A stretch of DNA of 60,046 bases, filler included, from Hausera hauseri (taxonomy: Eukaryota): the NCBI GenBank assembly GCA_046269625.1. It is 8 parts of 8 records of this genome, joined end to end, with 100 filler letters (N's around TTAATTAATTAA, not from the genome) between each part and the next. Parts side by side here need not be neighbours in the genome. Positions count along the whole stretch, not along the records: positions 45,238 to 60,046 come from JBJURY010533231.1; 7 more parts are not named here. One strand, given 5' to 3'. Under the pieces are notes generated by a model. It was not told the DNA's origin. It saw nothing but the letters and a program-made list of their open reading frames with translations, and made no database searches. Shown here one piece after another: positions 50,500 through 60,046 of this stretch. The position numbers and the translations under genes were made by a program. Every line of letters begins with the position of its first letter. The first letter of the stretch is position 1.

Positions 50500-53400
50500 T
50501 TTATTTGTATCAGTAAACAGCAGCAGCAGCTAACTGTAGCACTTCCTTTGGAGTCTGGGCCGACTTTAGCAGGGAAATGATAACAGTTTAACCGTGTAAT
50601 GGAAAACTGCTGACAGTTTAAAGGGTTTGCATCAATCTCTTAGGTCAAACGCAAACTGATCTCCTAAATAAATTGTTGATATTTTTCTACAGCAGCTGAG
50701 GTCTTAAATTAAATATTCAAAACTGAGATCTTACTTGTTCGTAACCTATTTCACAGATCCTGACTGTAAAAGATCTGAAATATCCCTTTAGTTGCTTGAC
50801 ATCAAGAGAAATTCCAGCCGTGACGTCTGCTGAAGAAAAAGCCGGGCCTGGAATGAGCCCAACCTCCTGCCGTTAGAAGAAGATCATATTTATCCGGGAT
50901 TGTTAGACATATTATTTCAAAAGCAAAGTGTTTTGGGGGGAACAAAGAAAACACCTGCTCCAGATCTGATGACATCACTTCAACATGGTGCAGCTCGGCA
51001 GCCGGATGTTGTCACCAAATGACAACAATCCAGAGTGTTTAAGGCTCCAAAGATCTTCTTTCTATTGTTTTTCATAAGCAGACAGTTATGAATTCATATT
51101 GATAATTAAATATTCTAAACTTTTACTAGAACAGGACAAGTAAATTATTGATTTGGGATCAGATTTTAAACATATATGCTCCGTTTTTATATTTTAAGGT
51201 GATAAAATAATTTAAAGTTACTGTAAGCAGCACAGATTTGATTGAAACAAAGTTTGAAAATGTTCAATTCACAACAAATTTATCATTTCATTATTTAAAA
51301 AAAGGTGAAATGTATTCAGTGTTTGTCTAAGATACATGTTTTCTTCAGATCAGAGCCCATCCAGCCTGATAATCATTTCAATCCTGCCTTCAAGTGGTCA
51401 GAAAATAATCAGAAGTCAAATATAATAAATGACTTTGTTCACAAATCTAACATTTCTGATTTTTATCTTTTAAAATTGGCTTCTGAAGTGCTTTTATTTT
51501 GAAGGCAGGTTTACGTTATAACTAATATCATTCTAAAAATGTCATAATGGATTTAATTAAAAATATGTCATCTGTTCATCTGCAGTGAGTAAAGTTAACA
51601 CATTTACTTTCCTTTAAGTAAATGTGTTACCTTTACTCAGTTCAGCTGAGTGGAACCAGATGACTTTTATTAGATTAAATCCATCATATCTGTGGCTGAA
51701 ATCAATCATTTAAACGTGACAAAAACACAGATTAAAATTCAGACAGAAAAAAAAAGTGCTGCAGACCTCTGTTGTCTTTAATGTTTGAATTCATCTTTGT
51801 CATGTACTAGAGTGAGTCCACGAATCTATAAATGCTGCAACAGATTTACTGTGTTTAAAAACATATAAAACTTCTCCTGGGCTCACCCTGAGGCTCAGAT
51901 GTTCTCAGAACAAAACGAGTCCAGATCAGGTTGAAGCAGCTGAGTGAAGAAAACACTGATAATAATTCACTCACAGCAACTAGTTCATGAAAAATGACAT
52001 ATTTATTACAATACTGCCTTTACTTTATTCAGGCATTAAAAGTTCAATAAAAACATTAAAGAATCAACTTTAATTACAAATGCAGGTATAAACTGAGATT
52101 CTACTACCACTATATTTATTTATATGAAGTCACTTGGAGCAAATGAAGTGATTTCAGTTGATTTAAAACCCTGCAGAGCAGAAGCTCCTCTGATTAAAGT
52201 CAAGGCTTTGCTGCCATCTGCTGGCTTTAAGACACTTTATAACATGGTGTCAAACTCATTTTCACCGAGGGCCACATGAGCGTTATCAGGGCCGAGCAGA
52301 GACCACTCAAGAGACCACTCAAGGCGCACGTGCTCAAAGTAAATAAAGGTCATGTTGCATGCAACAGCTCATTGTAAGGTGAGATATAAGCAAGAAAAGT
52401 AAGTATTTTCTATTAATTATCTTTTTATTTTCACCCTGCAGGACTCCTTTCATTATAGTGAAATATTTTAAACTGGCATTCTCCAGATTATTCCATAATC
52501 TTTTCCTTGGATTGAAGACCACTGGGCCTCATGCAAGAACATTTTTGTATTCTGTATAAAGGGTTCATACCAACACGCCACGTCAGATTCAACAAACTCT
52601 TCTATCTTCAGGAAAAGTGTGTAAATGAGCAGCGTAAACTGAAGAATGTGTATCCAGCTGCTCGTGCACGAGGAGAGGAGATTAGCATGACTACCACCCA
52701 AAAACTCCTTATAAGGCTTCGTTTCCTGCCCTAAATACCAGGAAGTGTTCATTCCTAAATGACAGCACAAAGTAAAAAGAAGAACTTTACGAGTTTGCAG
52801 ATTGAAGTCCTGCTCTCAGAGACCCAGAAAAGAAAAGCTGTCATTTTATCAGTGTCAGCTGTGGAATTAAAGGAGCTGCTAAAGCTGAGGAATAAAATGA
52901 CTGCTGTTAATGTCATGTCTGTGGGTCAGAAATAAAAATATAAATCAGATTCATCTCTCTCCTGCTCCGCTTTTACTTTGGTCAAATATTGTTTGATTTC
53001 AGTGTAAACATAATTTAGCAGTTGTGCACCTTACAATGAGGTGTCATCAGAACAATTGGTGCCCTTTATTTACTTTGAGCACCTGGCCCTTCAGTGGTCT
53101 CTGCACGGCCCTGGCCAGATGTCATTAACTTTGATGTTTCATATTATTTAACTTTGACTGAACAGTGTTTTAACACGTCCTCTCAAACACTGAAAAGAAC
53201 CAAGTATTAACTGACTAAATCTGACTAAATAATACAGAAATGTAATATTGTTATATTATATGTTATCATCTATATAATAATAATATATAATAAATAATAA
53301 CATTAAAAGTAAACTAATATAATTTTACTCACTGATGAGTTTCTAGTTAGTAGCTGCCAGCATGAATTCTTAACTCTCCCACTTTCTGACAGGGAGTTCT

Positions 53401-53792
53401 CATGGATGATCCACATTTATTATGGGAGTAATGCACTTTTTTCCTTAAATAAAACTTTTAACACAGAAATATATTAATTTGTCTGACCAAGACTACAGTC
53501 AAGGTGTGTCTGTGTTTATGTCTGACATCTATGTCCTTTCTCCTCCTCAAAGGAAAGTTATTTTCACATCAAAATCTGCAATTTTCAAATTTTTTTCACA
53601 GATTTGTTTGAAAATTTTGTTTTGAGTTAAATATATCAGCTAACCTCAGAATGAATCACTGAGATTTAGAAAGCTGGATCAATGAATATCTTCCTTTGGC
53701 TCTTAGCCCTGCTGGGGGCTAAGACCCCCTAAATGTCAGATGCTAGACTCCCCCTGGACACAGAGGTTAAGATGATTAGCATTAATTAACCA

Positions 53793-54105
53793 TATATCCA
53801 TCATCTCCTGCTTACTTCCAGTCGGGTCGCGGGGGCAGCAGCTACAACAGGGAGGCCCAGACCTTTCTGTCTCCAGCCACCTCTTCCAGCTCTTCTGGGC
53901 ACATTCCAAGGTGTCCATGGGTCAAACAAGAGACACTGTGGCTCCTCCCAGTCAGACATGCCTGAAGCCCCTCCCCAGGGAGACGTCCAGGAGGCGTCCT
54001 TACCAAATGAACCACCTCAACTGGCTCCTCTCCATGAGGAGGAGCAGCGGCTCCTCTGGTCTCTCCTGGAGAACTTCTCACCCTGTCGCTGAGGGAGTCC
54101 AGCTG
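53793..54105 (-). mobile_element. Rex3/Expander (RTE LINE) 3' end fragment
   Basis: TCCATCATCTCCTGCTTA...GGGTCGCGGGGGCAGCAG...CCACCTCAACTGGCTCCTCTC...GGAGCAGCGGCTC. Translation fragments HLVRTPPGRLPGE and PEELEEVAGDRKVWASLL. Confidence 0.85.
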
Positions 54106-54912
54106 CCCTGAGATTAATGACAGCAAGTGATAAAAGGTCACAATTTTAAAATCCATTCAGCTTTTCCTGAAAAGTAGATTGACTAAATCACATTTGGTGT
54201 TTTATTCAAATAAAATAGGATGGTAGTTGCTGATGACTAAAGATGCAGTTGTTTTTAAAGTGTGAGAAATGAGCAGACTAAAACAGTGCTTGTAGGAGTT
54301 TTCCACGTTTGTTAGAGTGGAACAAAGAAATCTTCCTTATTCAAATGACCTGGAGAGACTCACAAGACAAAGTGAAATTAGGAAGTTTATTAACATGGCT
54401 GACTTGCAGGATTATTGACCTGAATGACAGTTTGGCGCTCAGACCCCGGCAGAGGATGAGAGCGCTGAGATGCTGTAAGCTCAGATGAGCTGCTAAAGTT
54501 GATGGATAGGAAATTTCTTCCCCCAAAAAGAAGGCCGAGGCCGAGTTGAGGTTGAGGCCGCATTAGACTGTAGCCAGAATGACGAGTAGAAATTAAGGGA
54601 GGTTGCTCAGGAGACTGCAGGCCGGTATATAAAGCTAGCTGCTGAAGAATGAATGTAGGCTGGAAAACAATGAACGGCTTGAGATGAATGTAGGCTGGTA
54701 AATGAAGCCAGCTGTTGAACAATGTGAGTGGACACAAACTTTTTCTCCCCCCCAAAATAGGGCAGAGATTTTTGGTCGAGGCCACATTCCAGGTGAAGGG
54801 CTGTGGTTAAGGGAGGAGGCCTAACTGAACTGCAGGCTGATAGATGAAAGCCAGCAGCAGAATTTTAGTGAGAGCTGGAAAGGAAACCAGCTATCGAGGA
54901 TGCAAATAAACT

Positions 54913-57396
54913 TAGGGTGACCAGATTTCTGACACTAAATCTGGGGACATTTGGAGACAAAAAAAACCTGAATGTTCTGAAGTCGATATGAAGAAACGGG
55001 GACAGTTACAGTTTCATAAATTTTTATACATATATTCATATTTAAACAGCAGAATGTGTGTCTACACTGTTGTTAGTATTTCCTAAGAGTAATAAAACAA
55101 AATTGCTAGTACTAATAATCAAGTAAAATAGCTGTGTGGGTAAGCTAATGTGAGCGTTGGAATGTGAACATGTTTATTCTTACAAAGGTGATAATGTAGA
55201 AATCATGTGATCACAATCCCTCAAAAACATTAGATTAAAACAAACTGAAACATACTGAAATTTTACTATTTAAATATGAAATTTTGATTCAGATGTCCTT
55301 TAGAAGTGGTTATTGTTAGATTAAAAGTTTTTTGAATGAAGTGGAAGCCATTTCCTGCATTCTGTTGTAGTTTAACAGGTTAATAAAAACATATTTTTCC
55401 ATAAATAAACATTTCATATGAATAATCCATCAATAAATCAAATGGAATTGATTCATTCATGAAGAAATGGGGCTGAGTGAACTAAAAATTACTGCAACCC
55501 CTATGAGCTATTTTTTCCTTTTTTTAAAGAAAAAGTTAATTATTTTCAAGAAACAAGCTTTGAAAATGTGAGCAGCAACAACATACACTGTATATTTCTT
55601 TAAATAAGATTTACTTAATTACTCGTTATGTCTGTATTTAATCAAATCATAAACATAAAAACAATAAAGAAGTCTGTGTAATGAATATTTTTCATAAATG
55701 GGTGGATCTTAGCTGATGAAATGACAAAATGTTATATTTAGAAAAAAAACTATTTTAACTACAAGTTCATCCAACTGAATAACTGCTCATTTAAGTTGAT
55801 TATCTCTTCCTCCTCATTATTTTCTGTTCAGACAGTTCTCCTTTACAGTTTTCTGTCAGACTCCTTTAGTTTTTCATGAGGAACTCTAGTAGTGAATGAT
55901 AGCTGTGAATAAGTGTTTTCATAGGATTTCTACTCTACTGAGGCTCATTTACAGCAGACATCACTCCTGTGTTCCACAAGTATATTCTGTCAGCCAGTCC
56001 AAGTTGATCATGTTAAAAGGCTGATTGATCATTTAAACAGTCCTGTGCAGTCATGTTAACACAGCTGAACACTGTTGTTCTGTTACAGAAGAAGTAAACC
56101 TGGTCTTCCTTCAGGTAGTTGAGTATCTGGAGCATCAGCATTTGTGTGTTTGATTATGGCCTTAAAATGACAAAAAACAACTTTCTACTGAAACTCATCA
56201 GTCTGTTGTTGTTGTGAGAAATGAAGACTGCTCCATGAGAGAGTAGAACATCACAAACTGTCTCTGAGCAGGAGGAGAAGTGAGGCCCTGCTGCACAACT
56301 GAGCAATAAACACATTAAAGTTTCTAGTTTGAGCAATAAACACTGACAGGTCCTAAACTCAGCTTCATTAAATGATACCAAAACAACTGCCTCAACATCA
56401 ACAGTGAAGAGTCCTGATATTACAATCTGACTAAAGCAGAATTTATGTATCATTACTTTAATATTTCTACCTGCTAACATCAGACTGTCAAATGAAACAA
56501 AACTAAAAACTCCACCATTGTTCTAAAACTCAGTCAGTTCTCCACATTTAGATAAATAAACATAATATCATAACATGACCTATGAAATCCAATTTCAGGT
56601 CAAATTATTTCATTTGACCCAAACTAATTTATAATATTTCAACATTAGAAATATAAAAATCTGCTGTAAAACTTGAACATGATGACAGGTCGACATATAT
56701 TTAATTTAAAAACAAAACTACAAATCACAAATAAAATGAAAGGCAGCAGAAAGTAGAAACAAATCTTATAATACCTGCCCCTATTTCCCATGAAATAATT
56801 TCAAATAATAATCTTCAAGTAACAAAAAAACATCTATTTCTGTGGATCTACCAGCTGACAGAGCTGAACAATATGTTCACAAACTACTCTTCATAAAACT
56901 ATAAAGCCTTGTTTTACATACAGAACAATAATAGTTTTAAACTCACCAGGTGAGGCTGTGCAGGTAGAGAAGCTGCAGGTAACAACAACCAGAGTCTTAA
57001 ACAGCTCCAGGAGTTCATATCATTATTTCTAATTCAACTCGAACGGTGGAGGTTTAGCTAACAGCTAACAGCTGAGACATGTCCGCTCGCTGTGTCTCCC
57101 TCTGGTCCTGCAGACAGTCAGCCGGGACCAGGTGGGCGGAGTTTAAACTGTATTTAACAGGAAAACTCACTTCTAGCCGGATCAAACACCGGCTGACCGG
57201 TGAGGAATAGAACCAGCCGCTGCAGACTGACGGGGCTTTTTTTCCTCCTCCCTGTGCCGTAACAGTCTACAAGCAACTTTTCCGCCTCATTCACAAAAAG
57301 CTCAAATCGGGGACATTTCCGGGGACGGCTTTATCCGGGGACAAGTCCTCCAAAACGGGGACTGTCCCCGGAAATCGGGGACGTCTGGTCACCCTA
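54913..57396. mobile_element. Non-autonomous hAT element (Blackjack/MER81-type ends) containing a Tc1 fragment at ~56100-56410
   Basis: TIRs TAGGGTGACCAGA (54913) and TCTGGTCACCCTA (ending 57396), with multiple subterminal GGGGAC motifs. 8-bp flanks differ (AATAAACT vs GCTTAAAC). Confidence 0.8.
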
Positions 57397-59845
57397 GCTT
57401 AAACAAGGAAGAAGATCGGTGGCGGAGCATTCCATCGACTTCCGCATCATTGCAGAAGAGGCCGGGTGGGACGAAGTCGCCTTGAAAGGTGCGTTTACAA
57501 GTTCGTTATCTGAACAAATTAAAGACCAGTTGGCAACAAGAGATGAACCACGAGACTTGGATAACCCAATCTCTCTTGCCATCAGAATTGATAATAGGTT
57601 GAAGGAGAGACGTCGTGAGAGAGACTCCTATTCCCACAATCCATCTGTGTTTCCTGTTTCCATGACACCGCCTCCAGTCCAAACATTTACCTCTGACCCG
57701 GAACCAGAACCAATGCAAGTAGGAAGAGCGCGTCTTACGCCCGAAGAGAGACAACGACGTTTTGCCGCAAAAGAATGCCTTTACTGTGGAAACAAGGGGC
57801 ACTTCGTCGCAACTTGTCCCATTCGGGGAAAAGGAGGAGCCCGCCAATGAAGCAGGAGATATTGTCGGGTAAGGTTTCCTCACCTCCTGCCTCTCGTTTT
57901 ACCGTAACTGCCACTCTAATAACCTCACAAGACAAGCTAACCATAGAAGCGTTGGTTGATTCGGGCGCAGAACAAAATCTAATCTCCAGAGATCTCGTGG
58001 AACAACTCCAATTGCCTCTCCATACACTGAGTCATCCCCTTTCAGTAAGTGGAATCAATGGAGAGAACATCACCCGGATTCAACATATGAGTAACAGTCT
58101 TCATGTCTTGGTCTCTGGAAATCATCATGAGTCCGGTGAGTTTTTTGTTTTTGATTCAAATTCTCCCCAGTTAATTTTTGGCTTCCCCTGGTTAAGAAAA
58201 CACAATCCAGTCATTAATTGGACTGAATGTCGCATAGAGAGTTGGAGCAAGTTCTGTCTTCAGAACTGCTTAAGATCTGCTGTTACCCTAACACAAAAGA
58301 AAATGACACCTGAGGAAGAAGTTGATTTATCTATGGTCCCTAGTGCTTATCACGATCTCGCAGCAGTCTTCAGCAAAAAGAGAGCACTCTCTCTACCACC
58401 CCATCGTCCCTACGATTGTGCTGTGGAGTTGTTTCCTGGTGCCCCTCTACCTACCAGTAGACTTTATAACATTTCTGGCCCAGAAAGAGAAACTATGAAA
58501 GGTTATATTGAGGAGTCCTTGGCCTCTGGCATAATCCGTCCATCGACATCTCCTGTGGGAGCGGGGGGTTTTTTGTAGGGAAGAAAGACGGCACTCTCAG
58601 ACCGTGTATTGATTACAGAGGTCTCAACAACATAACAGTAAAAAATAAATACCCTTTACCATTGATCGACTCTGTTCATGAAAGACTTCACTCGGCTACC
58701 ATCTTCACCAAGTTGGATCTACGCAATGCGTATCATTTGGTTAGGATAAGAAGAGGAGATGAATGGAAGACGGCATTCAAGACCCCCATGGGCCATTTTG
58801 AATACCTCGTAATGCCTTTCGGACTGACTAATGCCCCCGCAGTATTTCAGGCTCTCATCAACGATGTTTTACGTGATCTGCTGAATGAATTTGTGTTCGT
58901 TTATCTTGATGATATCCTTATTTTTTTCCAGTAACCCCGAGCAACATCAAGTCCATGTTCGAACTGTTCTCCAACGTCTCCTAGAGAACCAGTTATTTGT
59001 GAAAGCGGAGAAATGTGAGTTTAATGTCACTTCTGTGTCCTTTTTAGGCTTCATTTTTGAGAATGGACAGTATCGCACAGACCCAAAGAAGGTTCAAGCA
59101 GTTGCTGACTGGCCAATCCCTTCCGACCGCAAACAGTTACAGCGATTCCTGGGCTTCGCTAATTTTTACCGGAGATTCATTAAGGATTACAGTAAAGTTG
59201 CTGCACCACTCACACAACTCACCTCTTCTGCAAAACTCTTCTCCTGGACCCCTGAGGCAGACAAGGCTTTTGGTGAGTTGAAGCATCTATTTTCTTCTGC
59301 GCCTATTCTTACACACCCTGACCCGTCCAAACAGTTCATTCTGGAAGTAGATGCCTCAGATACTGTGGTTGGTGCAGTTTTGTCCCAAAGATCTGGTTTT
59401 GACAATAAGACCCATCCTTGTGCCTTTTTTTCAAAACGTCTCTCCTCCTCCGAACGGAACTATGATGTTGGTAACCGGGAATTATTAGCCATCAAATTGG
59501 CTTTGGAGGAGTGGAGACATTGGTTAGAGGGGGCAGAGAAACAATTTATCATTTGGACCGATCATAAGAATCTCGCCTACCTCCAAAATGCCAAGAGGCT
59601 CAACCCTCGGCAAGCTCGTTGGTCTCTTTTCTTTGCACGATTCAATTTCATCATTACCTACAGACCTGGGTCTCGTAACATAAAACCAGACGCACTCTCC
59701 CGCCAATACTCCAACTCAGACTCACCCAAATCTGAAGTTCGCATCCTCCCCACATCCTGTTTTGTCGGAGTTCTCACCTGGTCCATCGAGAGAGACATCC
59801 TAGAGGCCCAGGAGGCGGAACCAGATCCTGGAACTGGACCGGTAA
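57397..59845 (+). mobile_element. Sushi-like Ty3/Gypsy retrotransposon: partial gag, protease, RT, RNase H; 5'- and 3'-truncated
   Basis: gag LKQGRRSVAEHSIDF...EPMQVG...CLYCGNKGHFVATC. Protease [41 protein letters not shown]. RNase H VDASD, RELLAIK, TDHKNL. Two frameshifts in homopolymers (~58570, ~58925); no integrase. Confidence 0.95.
57826..57890 (+). promoter_or_regulatory. -1 programmed ribosomal frameshift signal (slippery heptamer + H-type pseudoknot)
   Basis: G GGA AAA (57826-57832) is in the gag frame and pol is in the -1 frame. 6-nt spacer. Stem 1 GCCCGCCAAT (57839-57848) / ATTGTCGGGT (57861-57870). Stem 2 GCAGGAG (57852-57858) / CTCCTGC (57884-57890). Confidence 0.85.
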
Positions 59846-60046
59846 CTGGTCTGGTTTTTCAGCCTCGTCTGAACCAAACACCAGAACCTCAGCGGTTCTG
59901 CGTAGCGTCCGTTTTGATCAGAACAACAGAACCTTCGACAGCCAGGTGGAGGTAGTTTCCGGTCTCTGCCTACCGGAAGTGGAGGCTGTCCAACGTCATC
60001 CTGTAGCCCCGCAGGCCAGCAGGGGGCGCCACCGAGCCCAGCGCAC

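Noticed and set aside
54340-54905. Solo LTR on the minus strand left of the hAT
   Set aside because: TATA- and AATAAA-like signals are present, but there is no second copy, defined 5' end or TSD.

Overview
This is not one genomic locus. It is eight eukaryotic contigs (1-5617, 5718-10202, 10303-21251, 21352-30769, 30870-35293, 35394-40962, 41063-45137, 45238-60046) joined by 100-nt artificial spacers (44 N + TTAATTAATTAA + 44 N). Contigs 1-7 are repeat-dominated and probably invertebrate-animal DNA. They hold a 68-bp satellite, a nuclear-receptor LBD pseudogene, a CLUH pseudogene, two decayed CsRn1-like Ty3/Gypsy elements, a decayed Polinton/Adintovirus (adenain + pPolB), a CCHC gag relic, a (GAAC)n array and a 2.1-kb TTAA-flanked foldback element. 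Contig 8 looks teleost: Rex3/Expander RTE, Tc1, a hAT with TAGGGTGACCA ends, and a Sushi-like Gypsy with an intact -1 frameshift pseudoknot. Best candidate for a new system: the CsRn1-like gag-pol elements show no direct LTRs. They are bounded by ~110-bp GC-rich, diverged, inverted terminal units (outer end TTT(T)(S)GAGG, inner end CACA/TGTG) and apparently 3-bp target duplications. One complete 5.4-kb copy lies in a contig that closes into a 10,872-bp loop, and removing it restores a host reading frame. A lone 106-bp terminal unit interrupts the nuclear-receptor gene. All family assignments are from motif recognition by eye; no searches were run.
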